Made by a program: the position numbers and the translations under genes. Positions 55,392-64,000 of a stretch of DNA of 64,000 bases are shown in pieces. The DNA lies in assembly GCA_003599755.1 (NCBI GenBank), contig QZJO01000011.1, forward strand, positions 2,424-66,423. The letters are read 5' to 3'. Within the stretch, counting starts at the first letter, position 1. Each line of letters starts with the position of its first letter. The notes beneath the pieces are model-generated. The model was not told where the DNA came from. It ran no database searches and saw only the letters and a list, made by a program, of their open reading frames with translations. The DNA comes from Candidatus Parcubacteria bacterium (lineage in GTDB: Bacteria > Patescibacteriota > Minisyncoccia > Sungbacterales > SURF-37).

Positions 55392-57002
55392 TCAGTGTCT
55401 GAAGCCGCGGATCTTGCGGTCCGGGGCGGTGATCATGCGCCGCCCGTCTTGACAGAACGCGTTGAGAACCGATTTATCGCGGATTGAACCGGTGGAAGCG
55501 AGTAGTGTGTGGACGCCAGCATCGCGGAGCACTTCTGCGCCGTCCGGAAACGGAAAGAAGCTGTCACTGTACGCCGCCGCGCCTGCGATGGAATGTCCGG
55601 CGCGCTGTGCGAGGAGTACGGCGATGTGGGCCCCGAACCAGCGGTCCTTCTGGCCGACGCCGTTGCCGATCAGCATCCGATTGCGGACGATGCTGATGGT
55701 GTTCGAGAAGGAAGTACTGCCGACCGCCCAGGCGAGCATCATGTCATCCTCATCCTGAAGCGGCGGCATCCCGTGGTCCGCGGCGTCGTGGTACTTCAGG
55801 TCAGGATCTCTGAGGTTCAGCACATAGGTATAGTTCGGCTGGGTGACCCAGCCGCCGCGGATAGAGCGCATGCGCGGCGCCGTATCCAAGCTGTAGCGCG
55901 AGAGATTCTCGAGTGCCTGATTCGCGAGGAAACGGCATTCACCCTTTTTACGCTCCAGGCGTTCCACTGCGCTGTCGGTAAATGCAGGCGCCATAATGCC
56001 GCTGATGACGCGTCGCTGGCCGGGTGGCATGCCATGAGTGAGCAGGAGTTCGGCGATATCGTCATCCACCGGGAAGTTGAACCCCATGAAGCCGCCGAAG
56101 ATGGCGATCGGATCGCCATCGATCATGTTGCGGACGGCTGTATCGCGGTATGAACTGACCGCCGCGCCGCACGGATTTGTGTGCTTATCTGCGACGGCGA
56201 TGTACGGTACATAGCCACGGTTGACATCCCAGACAGCCGCGATGTGCGTTGTGGTCTGAAGCACCGCATCCGCATCGACGAGGTTGTTGTAGCTCGGCGC
56301 ATTGCCGGCCAGTTGCTTGAAGTTGTGCAGAGCGAGCGGATCTTCCCAGCCGCCGGCATAGTGCGCCGCTGGCGACTGCCATGGGTTTTCGCCGTAGGCG
56401 CATTCCTGGACCCGTTCGCCGATGAAGCCGTTGATCGCGCCGCGGCTTAGAAAGCGCGCGGAGTCGAGACTGTAGCGCGCGACGCGGCCTTCGGTGATGC
56501 CGGCCATGCGTCGTCGCAGCATGAACGAATCGAGATCTGGCGATTCGATAGCGGCCAGCGCTATGCCATAGTCCTTGGGGCTGCTCACGATGAGCCGCCG
56601 GCCCTTAGCGGCGGAGCGCAGCATGGCCGGACCGCCGATGTCGGTGAGCGCGAGAACGGATTCTTCGGTCGCATCCGGCAAGGCGATCGCTTCCTCGAGC
56701 GGGTAGAGCCCGACGCAGAGCAAGTCGAAGCGCGGTATACCGCGCTCTTCCCGTTCGATCTCCTGCTCCGGGCCGGTGATGAGGCCGCCGTGGATCTTCG
56801 GGTGGAGCGTGACCACGCGGTGATCCAGCATGGCTGGCTCGCCGGTGATGCCGGCCACATCGGTGACCGGGAAGCCCGCCTTGGCGAGGAACTTCGCGGT
56901 GCCGCCGGACGAGACGAGTTCCCAGCCGCGTTCGTGTAGTGCGCGCGCGAAGTCGAGAAACGGCTCATCCTTCTTGTAGACTGACAGGAGCGCTCGGGGC
57001 AT
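55392..57002 (-). CDS. purH: Bifunctional AICAR transformylase / IMP cyclohydrolase
   Basis: N-terminal MGS-like domain (RALLSVYKKDEPFLDFARALHERGWELVSSGGTAKFLAKAGFPVTDV...LHPKIHGG) and C-terminal AICARFT domain. Confidence 0.85.
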   Translation of the reverse strand: MPRALLSVYKKDEPFLDFARALHERGWELVSSGGTAKFLAKAGFPVTDVAGITGEPAMLDHRVVTLHPKIHGGLITGPEQEIEREERGIPRFDLLCVGLYPLEEAIALPDATEESVLALTDIGGPAMLRSAAKGRRLIVSSPKDYGIALAAIESPDLDSFMLRRRMAGITEGRVARYSLDSARFLSRGAINGFIGERVQECAYGENPWQSPAAHYAGGWEDPLALHNFKQLAGNAPSYNNLVDADAVLQTTTHIAAVWDVNRGYVPYIAVADKHTNPCGAAVSSYRDTAVRNMIDGDPIAIFGGFMGFNFPVDDDIAELLLTHGMPPGQRRVISGIMAPAFTDSAVERLERKKGECRFLANQALENLSRYSLDTAPRMRSIRGGWVTQPNYTYVLNLRDPDLKYHDAADHGMPPLQDEDDMMLAWAVGSTSFSNTISIVRNRMLIGNGVGQKDRWFGAHIAVLLAQRAGHSIAGAAAYSDSFFPFPDGAEVLRDAGVHTLLASTGSIRDKSVLNAFCQDGRRMITAPDRKIRGFRH

Positions 57003-57125
57003 GGTTGATTCTCCTTTCTCAAGGTGCGGGCGCGGCGGGATGCGCTGATAGATCAGCGCGGGAACGAAACTGCCTTATTGGTAGCTGAAATAGCGCTTTT
57101 GGGCAATTGAAAAATTCCGACGACA

Positions 57126-57151
57126 TTCTAACATTCTTGAGAATGTTGGAA
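57126..57151. repeat. 26-bp near-palindrome TTCTAACATTCTTGAGAATGTTGGAA upstream of purH (same length and TTCTAA flanks as the atp palindrome, different inner half-sites)
   Basis: Read directly; 18-bp core AACATTCTTGAGAATGTT has one central mismatch. Confidence 0.5.
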
Positions 57152-57197
57152 TGTTGATCCGGGGAGAATCAGCTACCAAATATACGGAGAAGACCGG

Positions 57198-57551
57198 CTA
57201 CTGCAGCGCGTCGATTTTGGCGGCGAGGATAAAATCGTTTTCCGAAAGCCCGCCGATGGCATGCGTCCAGAGCTCCAGTGCCACGTTGTCGTAATCTACT
57301 TCGATCGTGGGATGATGCTTTTCTGATTCTGCGAGAGCCGCGACTTTGTCCACGAAGTCCACGGCTTGCTTGAAATCCGCGAATTTGAATTCCCGCCGGA
57401 TCTTTTTGCCGTCGATGATATTCCAAGCCAGATCGATTTCCGGCTGCAGTCGCTCGATGGCATCGTGATCCAGTGGCGGCATGCCGCCTTCGCACGGAAC
57501 GCATTTTTTCTCGCGCAGCGATCCCCATTTTGGCAGATCTTTTTGATCCAT
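57198..57551 (-). CDS. phhB: Pterin-4a-carbinolamine dehydratase (PCD/PhhB)
   Basis: ...EKHHPTIEVDYDNVALELWTHAIGGLSENDF contains the conserved PCD HHP...H motif. Confidence 0.75.
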   Translation of the reverse strand: MDQKDLPKWGSLREKKCVPCEGGMPPLDHDAIERLQPEIDLAWNIIDGKKIRREFKFADFKQAVDFVDKVAALAESEKHHPTIEVDYDNVALELWTHAIGGLSENDFILAAKIDALQ

Positions 57552-57566
57552 AGTTTCAGGTTGTTA

Positions 57567-57986
57567 TTACGATTTTTGGAGATCGAGGCAAACCGAATTG
57601 ATGCAGTAGCGCTTCCCGCCTTTTTCGGCCGGGCCGCCCGCCTTGTCTCGCGGCAGGTCATCGAATACATGCCCCAGATGCGAGCCGCAGCGTTTGCAGC
57701 GCACTTCGACGCGATGCATGCCGTGCGATGTATCTTCGCGTAATTCTATGTTCTCGCGGTTCGCGGCTTCTGTGAAGCTCGGCCAGCCGGTGCCCGAGTC
57801 GAATTTCGTGTTCGATGAAAACAACTCAGCCCCGCAAGCCGCACAGCGGTACATCCCTTCTTCATGCGAGTCGACATATTTGCCGGTAAAGGGGGCCTCG
57901 GTCCCCTGCTCGCGCATGACATGGTATTGCTCCGGCGTGAGCTTTTGCTTTAGTTCCTCTTCGGTCGGCGTTGTACGGTCAGGCAT
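57567..57986 (-). CDS. msrB: Peptide-methionine (R)-S-oxide reductase
   Basis: Two CxxC zinc pairs (CAACGAELF; CKRCGSHLGHVF) and GTGWPSF. Confidence 0.9.
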   Translation of the reverse strand: MPDRTTPTEEELKQKLTPEQYHVMREQGTEAPFTGKYVDSHEEGMYRCAACGAELFSSNTKFDSGTGWPSFTEAANRENIELREDTSHGMHRVEVRCKRCGSHLGHVFDDLPRDKAGGPAEKGGKRYCINSVCLDLQKS

Positions 57987-58000
57987 AGAACCCGCAGAAA

Positions 58001-59191
58001 TTATTGGATATGAGATGGAAAGCGCGGTGCTCTTCGGCGCTCGAGCCGCGCCAGCGCCCGATCGCGCTCTTGCGGCGCCCAGCGCGCACGGCGCACGGCC
58101 GCGGCAAGAATGCTAATGACTTCGTCATAGGTTGGCCGGTCCACGGGGTACGGTGTCGCATCCTTGCCGCCGTGGGCGAAGCTGTAGCGCGCCGGGTCTT
58201 CGTATGACGGCTTTGCGCCATAAATTATTTCGCCGACGAGGGCCAATGCGCGCACGGTTTTCGGGCCCACGCCCTCGGTGGCGACGAGCGCTTCATAATT
58301 CTTCGGCTTGTCGCCGGCCAGGCGGCCGAGAATTTTGTCCAGGTACCGACTTTTTGAAAAATTTTCGTATACCACGGGATGATGTCTGAATTCGGTGTCG
58401 GCGAGTTCGAGGAGTGTGAGTTGCCTGCCCGTTCTGCCGTTAGCCATTTTCACCATGCGCGAAAGCGAGGAAGAATGTTTGCGCAAGATCGTGACGTCCT
58501 TCATGAGCGCGGGTAGGCCGGCATTGACCATATCGACCGAAAGCGCGCGCGTGGCCGCGCTTTGCCGCGAGACCAGGTTTAGCGCCTTAGACACTGTCGC
58601 TTCCGAAGCGATTGCCGCATGCGGCTCGGATACCAAGTCCTGGGCGCTTTCGGAATGCCAGTGGTATCGGCGCGCCGCGCCCGCATCGGCATTCATCCCC
58701 TGCTGCACCACGGCCCAGGCGCCGGTTCGCGAAAAGAAGAAGCTGTGATGGTAAATCTGGAATCCGTCCTGCACGAGCGCTGAATCTACTTTGGCGCTCA
58801 TTTTTGAATTATAGGCAAGGTTTCTGATTTTGTTTTCGGCCAAATATATCCGGTCGCCCCATTGGAGAATTTCTTCGGGCGTGCGGCGCGAGGTTTTGCC
58901 TTTGCCGCCGCAGATGAATACGCCCAGGTCCTTTTCCTGTCCGCGGATGGCCTCTTTGAGCGCGGCGGTCAGGATCGTGGTCAGGCCCGAGGCATTCCAG
59001 TCGAATGCCAGCACCGTACCGAGCGATTGGAACCAGACCGGATCGGCAATGCGCCGGACAAACTCGTCCGGTCCGAATTCGTCCACGAGCACCTCGGTCA
59101 CGCTCCGGCCCAGGCGCACCATGCGCGCAAAGAGCCACGGCGGGCAGCGGCCGGTATCGAGCGTGAATGTGGCGATACCGCGGTGAATCAT
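58001..59191 (-). CDS. DUF763 family protein (396 aa)
   Basis: N-terminus MIHRGIATFTLDTGRCPPWLFARM resembles the conserved DUF763 start as recalled from memory; unverified. Confidence 0.5.
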   Translation of the reverse strand: MIHRGIATFTLDTGRCPPWLFARMVRLGRSVTEVLVDEFGPDEFVRRIADPVWFQSLGTVLAFDWNASGLTTILTAALKEAIRGQEKDLGVFICGGKGKTSRRTPEEILQWGDRIYLAENKIRNLAYNSKMSAKVDSALVQDGFQIYHHSFFFSRTGAWAVVQQGMNADAGAARRYHWHSESAQDLVSEPHAAIASEATVSKALNLVSRQSAATRALSVDMVNAGLPALMKDVTILRKHSSSLSRMVKMANGRTGRQLTLLELADTEFRHHPVVYENFSKSRYLDKILGRLAGDKPKNYEALVATEGVGPKTVRALALVGEIIYGAKPSYEDPARYSFAHGGKDATPYPVDRPTYDEVISILAAAVRRARWAPQERDRALARLERRRAPRFPSHIQ

Positions 59192-59230
59192 ACGCTCATC
59201 ATACCAGTCCTTGATGAGACGAAGAATGCT

Positions 59231-59275
59231 CGCCTGCTCGCCTCGCTGAAACTTGTGCGAAGCGGGCCGGACGGA
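59231..59275. repeat. 45-bp direct repeat, copy 1 (intergenic); 43/45 identical to 59890-59934 inside the DEAD-box helicase coding region
   Basis: CGCCTGCTCGCCTCGCTGAAACTTGTGCGAAGCGGGCCGGACGGA versus CGCCTGCTCGCCTCGCTGAAACTTGGGCGAAGCGGGTCGGACGGG. Confidence 0.7.
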
Positions 59276-59290
59276 CAGACACCGCGGCCG

Positions 59291-59683
59291 TTACGCGCCG
59301 TCCCGCTTCCTGCGCTTTTTTTCGGCCGCGCGCACGCGATGTTCGTCCATGCCGAAATGGTGCGCGATCTCGTGCCAGACCGTATCGCGCACGATCGCGC
59401 GCACGGCATCGGGCGAATCGGCCGCTGCGATGATGGGTTTGCGAAAAATTGTGATTTTATCCGGCAGCACGCCGAAATAATGTGGTCCGCGGCGCGTATG
59501 GGGGATGCCCTCGTATAATCCGAACAGCGTCATACGGTGCGAGAGACGCATCCTTCTCCTCTGTTCGAGCGAGGGCTCGTCTTCGATGACGACGGCGACG
59601 TTATCGAGCAATTTGGTGAAGCGTTCGGGAATCGCCGCAAGTCCTTCGGCGACCAGTTCCTCGAATTCTTCGGGCGTTACCAT
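59291..59683 (-). CDS. Minimal zinc metallopeptidase-like protein (COG3824-type, HExxH)
   Basis: VWHEIAHHFG near the C-terminus; about 130 aa. 7-nt overlap with the helicase gene. Confidence 0.6.
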   Translation of the reverse strand: MVTPEEFEELVAEGLAAIPERFTKLLDNVAVVIEDEPSLEQRRRMRLSHRMTLFGLYEGIPHTRRGPHYFGVLPDKITIFRKPIIAAADSPDAVRAIVRDTVWHEIAHHFGMDEHRVRAAEKKRRKRDGA

Positions 59684-61143
59684 GGGCGATACATCGGACC
59701 GTCGGGCGGGAACCGTCCGCGCCGCTTTTGCGGCGGCTGGCCGGAGTGCCGGCGCGGCTGCGCGCCGCGTTCCTGTTGTCCTTGCGGCCCGCCTGCCGGT
59801 CGGGCAGGCCGCGGTTCGCGCGGCTGAAATCCTTGTCCCTGGGGTCGCGGTCCATTGGGCCCGCGCGAGAATCCTTGCGGCCGATATCCCGCCTGCTCGC
59901 CTCGCTGAAACTTGGGCGAAGCGGGTCGGACGGGCGGGCGGCGCCCTTGCTGACCGCGGCGTTGCGGGAACTGGCGTGGCGGCAACTGCGGCAGGGCGCG
60001 TGCCGGCGGCAATTCAGGAACCGCTGAAATGGGCAACGCCTTGCGCGTGAGGCGCTCGATATCGCGCACCGCTCCCCGCTCTTCCGGCGTCGCAAGCGTG
60101 ATCGCGTGCCCGCCCGCGCCCGCGCGGGCGGTGCGGCCGATCCGATGAACGTAGTCCTCGGCATTGGTCGGCACGTCGTAATTAATGACCAGTTCAATCC
60201 CCGTGACATCAATGCCGCGCGAAGCGATGTCGGTCGCGATGAGTACGCGGTATTTGCCGGTTTTGAAGCCGTCGAGCGCTTCGCGCCGTTGGTTGAGCGA
60301 GCGGTTCGCGTGCAGTTCGGCCGACGTATGGCCCATGGTGCGCACTGCGCGGGCGATTTTCCGTGCGCCGTGCTTCGTCCGCGAAAATACGAGCGTGCTG
60401 CCCTGGTAATCGGTGAGCAGGCGCTCGAGCATCTGGAGTTTTTTGTCGCGTTGCACAATAAAAAGTTCTTGACTGACGCGCTCGGCCGTGGTTCCGGGCG
60501 GTGCGATTTCCACGCGGATGGGCAGCTTCATGTACCGCGTGGCCATGGCCGTGATCTCCGGCGGCATAGTCGCCGAAAACAGCATGGTCTGGCGCTCGCG
60601 CGGCAGAGTTTGGAAGATGCGCTGAATTTGAGGCGCAAAACCCATGTCGAGCATGCGATCGGCCTCGTCGAGCACCGCGATCTGTACCCGGTCGAGCAAA
60701 ACGGTTTTTTGGTTGAGATGGTCGATCAAGCGGCCGGGCGTGGCGATGACGATGTGCGGATTCTGCCGTATAGCGGCGACTTGCGGACCGAGCGACATTC
60801 CGCCGATAAGCACCGCGGTGCGCAGCCCCAAGCCGTCGCCGACGCGATGCAGCATCTCGTCTACCTGGAGTGCGAGCTCCCGCGTGGGCAGTACGACCAG
60901 GCCTTGGCCTTTGGACTGGGCGAGGCGTTGGATCATCGGGATGCCGAAGGCAAGGGTTTTGCCCGTACCGGTCTGGGCGATGCCGACTACGTCCTTGCCC
61001 TGAATCGCGACCGGAATGGATTGGCGCTGGATGGGCGTGGGCTGGACGAATTGCATCCGCGCAAGAATTTCCAAAAACGCCGGCGCGATGCCGAGACCAT
61101 GGAATCCCGTTTCAGCGGGAGTATTGCCCGAATGCGGAGACAT
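59677..61143 (-). CDS. DEAD-box ATP-dependent RNA helicase with Arg/Gly/Pro/Gln-rich C-terminal tail
   Basis: Q motif, Walker A AQTGTGKT, PTRELA, DEAD (VLDEADRM), SAT, HRIGRTARAG. About 110-aa low-complexity tail. Confidence 0.9.
   Translation of the reverse strand: MSPHSGNTPAETGFHGLGIAPAFLEILARMQFVQPTPIQRQSIPVAIQGKDVVGIAQTGTGKTLAFGIPMIQRLAQSKGQGLVVLPTRELALQVDEMLHRVGDGLGLRTAVLIGGMSLGPQVAAIRQNPHIVIATPGRLIDHLNQKTVLLDRVQIAVLDEADRMLDMGFAPQIQRIFQTLPRERQTMLFSATMPPEITAMATRYMKLPIRVEIAPPGTTAERVSQELFIVQRDKKLQMLERLLTDYQGSTLVFSRTKHGARKIARAVRTMGHTSAELHANRSLNQRREALDGFKTGKYRVLIATDIASRGIDVTGIELVINYDVPTNAEDYVHRIGRTARAGAGGHAITLATPEERGAVRDIERLTRKALPISAVPELPPARALPQLPPRQFPQRRGQQGRRPPVRPASPKFQRGEQAGYRPQGFSRGPNGPRPQGQGFQPREPRPARPAGGPQGQQERGAQPRRHSGQPPQKRRGRFPPDGPMYRPW
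59890..59934. repeat. 45-bp direct repeat, copy 2 (within the helicase C-terminal tail coding sequence, encoding ...RPASPKFQRGEQAG...)
   Basis: See copy 1. Confidence 0.7.
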
Positions 61144-61167
61144 GTGCGCGGAGCGATGCCGGGGCCG

Positions 61168-61842
61168 TTACTGCCCGGTTTGGGCGACCTCGACGCTCGT
61201 GATGGTTATCGGCTGGAGCGGGCGGTCGCTTTCGCTGACCGCAACCCCGCCGATCGCGTCCACGACGTCCTGTCCCGCCACGACGGTTCCAAAGATCGTG
61301 TAGTTACGGGGCAGGGGCGTGTCCTGGAGCATGATGAAAAACTGGCTGCCGTTGGTATGGGGACCCGCGTTGGCCATAGCCACGATCCCCTTCTTGTAGC
61401 CGTTGCGGTAGCTTTCGGTGTCGGGATTCAATTCATCGTTGAACATGTATCCCGGGCCGCCGGCTCCGCAGGGACCCGTGGCGCGGCTCGGGGTGCAGTT
61501 GGGGTCGCCGCCTTGGATGACGAAATTTTTCACGACGCGATGGAACGTCAGGCCATCGTAGAAGCCGGATGCGGCGAGCGTAACGAAATTCTCGACCGTG
61601 CGCGGCGCGTCGGCGTCAAAGGTTTCGAATGTGATATCGCCGCTTGAGGTATGGAGGGTGATGCGATGCATGCGGTTTTGGGTATTGGTCGGCGGCGGCG
61701 TCGGTGCCGCGCCGGCGGGAGGATTAATGGATGGCGAAGCGGTCTCGGGTACGGGTTCGGGCGCGAGGAACGCGAAATAGCCGGCCGCGCCGATCATCGT
61801 GATGCCAATAACGATAAATGCGATGGTACGAAAGGAATTCAT
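61168..61842 (-). CDS. Cyclophilin-type peptidyl-prolyl cis-trans isomerase with N-terminal anchor and Pro-rich linker
   Basis: TVENFVTLAASGFYDGLTFHRVVKNFVIQGGDP... Start trimmed to MNSFRTIAFIV (ATG 61840-61842). Confidence 0.85.
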   Translation of the reverse strand: MNSFRTIAFIVIGITMIGAAGYFAFLAPEPVPETASPSINPPAGAAPTPPPTNTQNRMHRITLHTSSGDITFETFDADAPRTVENFVTLAASGFYDGLTFHRVVKNFVIQGGDPNCTPSRATGPCGAGGPGYMFNDELNPDTESYRNGYKKGIVAMANAGPHTNGSQFFIMLQDTPLPRNYTIFGTVVAGQDVVDAIGGVAVSESDRPLQPITITSVEVAQTGQ

Positions 61843-61903
61843 CGGAGGTCTAAGCTCTTTTGAAATAGCACGATTTGGGGCGTCGCGCAAGCAGTACGCG
61901 CAT

Positions 61904-62854
61904 TCAGCGGATGCTTTGGATGATATCGATCGGCATGCCGCCGCCCAAAAGCACGGACGCCGCGCCGCGGCTCGCCGGATGGAACGACCATGCACCGGGA
62001 AATTCGAAGAACTTCGGTTGGCCGAGCGCGAACCAGACGAGCGCGCCCGCGATGCCAAGCGCGATGAGCGCGACCAAACGCCCGCGAAGGCGTTTGGCGA
62101 CGCGCGGTTCGCGCGCGGTATGCGCCCGAGCCAGATCCTGCCACAGGCGCCAAGAAAATATGACGCCCAGCGGCAGTGCGATCGCGTTGAAGAATACGAT
62201 CTGGGTGAGCGGGAGAATCATGGCAGGCGCCTCCTTAAGCGAGGCGAACGCCATTCGTCCGGCAATGCTGGCGATAATGCTTATGAGTATGCCAAGCGCG
62301 GCAATCATGACGGCGAACGCAAGAAAGCGCCAAGCGACCGAAAGCCAACTGCCGCGCACGGCCTGCCAGCTTGCCACGAGCGCGGCAAGGCCGGTTTTGT
62401 GGCCGCCGACGAGCGCATAGGCGGGAAACGAAAGCCATACGGAAAGGAGGATCCCGGGCAGCACGAACAGGACCATGCCGCCGAGGATAGCGATTCCGGC
62501 CAAGATGCTGATCCAGAGGAACGGCCCGAAGAATGCCACGGCGTGTTGATACGCGCCGGTGACGCCGCCGGCCGGGGCGCCGCGTTCGGAAACTGTCGCG
62601 ATGAACGCGAGCCGGCCGAGCAGCGTCGCGATGCCGCTCAATAAAAATGCAATGGCGGCGATGGGTAACGGACTTTCCTCGAGTAAGAGCGCGACGAGCG
62701 AGACGGCGGTCGGCACGGTGCTGATGCCGATAAAGATGCGCGCATGCCGCTGATAAAACATCCATGCGCCGAGCATCAATTCTCCCGCCGAGACGAGCGG
62801 TGGGCGGCGAACGGGTTCCAGCGCGATGCTTGGCGCAAGCGATGAGAGGGCCAT
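61904..62854 (-). CDS. Polytopic membrane protein (316 aa, about 8 TM), unknown function
   Basis: Hydrophobic helices throughout; no family assigned. Confidence 0.45.
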   Translation of the reverse strand: MALSSLAPSIALEPVRRPPLVSAGELMLGAWMFYQRHARIFIGISTVPTAVSLVALLLEESPLPIAAIAFLLSGIATLLGRLAFIATVSERGAPAGGVTGAYQHAVAFFGPFLWISILAGIAILGGMVLFVLPGILLSVWLSFPAYALVGGHKTGLAALVASWQAVRGSWLSVAWRFLAFAVMIAALGILISIIASIAGRMAFASLKEAPAMILPLTQIVFFNAIALPLGVIFSWRLWQDLARAHTAREPRVAKRLRGRLVALIALGIAGALVWFALGQPKFFEFPGAWSFHPASRGAASVLLGGGMPIDIIQSIR

Positions 62855-63028
62855 GGGATCCTTTCTATTAGAACATCCGTTGTCCGAACGGACAACGCGC
62901 TATTGAAGCAGCGGCGGTATGGCTGGTTGTGGCGGCGGTTCTGTCCGTGGAGCGGGCGCGGGAGCGGCGGGACGTTCGGTCACCAGCGGCTGCGCAAGGC
63001 GCCAAAGATATTCCAGCCGAACCGCTGA

Positions 63029-63685
63029 TTATCGAAGTTGCGCAAGGTCGGCCAGTGCCAGGGCCTTGTCGAGCGTAAAATCCCCCACCCGCGTGCGCTC
63101 AAGGGCTGCCAGATACCCGCCGGTGCCGAGTGTCGCGCCAAGATCGCGTGCGAGCGCGCGGATATATACGCCCGGACCCGTGAGGATGCGGAGCCGAAGG
63201 TCTGGCCAGGCATAGCTCAAGAGTTCGATCGCATAAATGGAAACCGTGCGCGGTCGCATGACGGGCATCTCGCCCCTGCGCGCGCGTCGATGCGCGCTCA
63301 TGCCGCTGATTTTGAGGGCGCTGAAGGCAGGCGGCGTCTGTTCGATAGTACCGGCGAATTGTTGCAGCACGGCGCGGACCGCTTCTTCCGAGGGCGCGAT
63401 GGCAGCCGGCTGTTCGCTGATCGGGCCCTCGGCATCGTCCGTGGCGCTGGTCGCGCCGAGGCGCACGGTCGCGATGTATTCTTTTTCGGCGCCGACGATA
63501 TTCTTGAGCTTGCGCGTCGCCTCCCGGCCGATGCCAATAACGAGCACGCCGGATGCGAGCGGATCGAGCGTTCCGGCATGGCCTACGGTTTTCTCCCCAC
63601 TTGCCCGGCGCACGGCGTCAACCACGTCATGCGACGTGGGACCGACGGGCTTGGCGACGGCGATGATTCGGTCCGCATTTACCAT
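63029..63685 (-). CDS. truB: tRNA pseudouridine(55) synthase, short form lacking the PUA domain
   Basis: AKPVGPTSHDVVDAVRR...GHAGTLDPLASGVLVIGIG with the catalytic Asp. Confidence 0.9.
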   Translation of the reverse strand: MVNADRIIAVAKPVGPTSHDVVDAVRRASGEKTVGHAGTLDPLASGVLVIGIGREATRKLKNIVGAEKEYIATVRLGATSATDDAEGPISEQPAAIAPSEEAVRAVLQQFAGTIEQTPPAFSALKISGMSAHRRARRGEMPVMRPRTVSIYAIELLSYAWPDLRLRILTGPGVYIRALARDLGATLGTGGYLAALERTRVGDFTLDKALALADLAQLR

Positions 63686-64000
63686 AGAGTATCGCCGGAC
63701 GCTATATTGAGATGCCGGGCAGCATTTCCGCCTTGCATCACGATCTCGAGAAAGCGCTTTCGACCAAGGCCCGAGCTACCAGTGATGAGCGCTGTCTTAT
63801 TGTCCGGTACGTTGCGCAGCGCGGGGATAAATGCCAGGGGACCGTGTCGCGTAGAGAGCGACGCTCCCGGCATCAGCGCGAGCTCATCCGACGTGATCGT
63901 TGTCTTGCAATTTCCGAAATTATCTACCCACCAGACGGCATGGGGCGCATCTGGAATTGCCTCCCAGGATAAAGGAGTACCGGCTGCATGTTTATGACGT
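63679..64000 (-). CDS. C-terminal part of a DUF62 (SAM hydroxide adenosyltransferase / fluorinase-chlorinase fold) family protein, 5' end off-window
   Basis: Hand translation of the minus strand is open to the window edge. ...VWWVDNFGNCKTTITSDE... matches the D-x-FGN-x-T-N C-terminal domain motif. Overlaps the truB start by 7 nt. Confidence 0.4.
   Translation of the reverse strand, partial: RHKHAAGTPLSWEAIPDAPHAVWWVDNFGNCKTTITSDELALMPGASLSTRHGPLAFIPALRNVPDNKTALITGSSGLGRKRFLEIVMQGGNAARHLNIASGDTLW

Noticed and set aside
63679-63873. 64-aa ORF read as the N-terminus of a short-chain dehydrogenase because of ITGSSGLGRK
   Set aside because: Extending the frame upstream shows it is the C-terminal end of a longer off-window protein (WWVDNFGNCKTTITSDE...). 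The DUF62-like call fits better than an SDR Rossmann N-terminus.

Overview
This is a 64 kb, roughly 60-63% GC bacterial chromosomal segment. It is gene-dense and overwhelmingly minus-strand coded, with only two short plus-strand blocks (17.5-18.4 kb and 33.3-36.1 kb). The conserved core comprises a complete minus-strand F0F1 ATP synthase operon (atpB-E-F-H-A-G-D ... atpC), queA-tgt, purH, msrB, obg, dnaX, ftsK, truB, a tRNA-Gln and an ABC-F ATPase. The accessory content comprises a MacAB-type efflux operon, a PAS histidine kinase translationally coupled to a Kef-type antiporter, a tandem pair of beta-carbonic-anhydrase-like genes, a duplicated two-gene module (RibD_C/DHFR-family enzyme plus N-terminally anchored extracytoplasmic protein, one copy carrying a MliC lysozyme-inhibitor domain) and many small membrane proteins. 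Several proteins are unusually short (79-aa epsilon, 128-aa delta, 372-aa DnaX), and a SWIB protein and a DUF763 protein are present. This suggests a reduced-genome, possibly CPR/Patescibacteria-like, high-GC organism, but that is inference. No transposase, integrase, CRISPR array or rRNA was seen. The most unusual locus is a 0.4 kb AT-rich island (about 26.72-27.10 kb) with a near-consensus sigma-70 promoter, a good RBS, a 43-codon hydrophobic Cys-containing ORF and flanking intrinsic terminators, next to two small membrane-protein genes; this could be a peptide, toxin or bacteriocin-like module. Other notable items are a Dabb stress-barrel gene and a perfect 26-bp palindrome inserted between atpD and atpC, 17-bp inverted repeats over the ftsK RBS next to a Fis-type HTH gene, and a 45-bp direct repeat that flanks a metallopeptidase gene and reuses DEAD-helicase coding sequence. 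All calls come from reading the translated ORFs and the DNA by eye; no searches were run.
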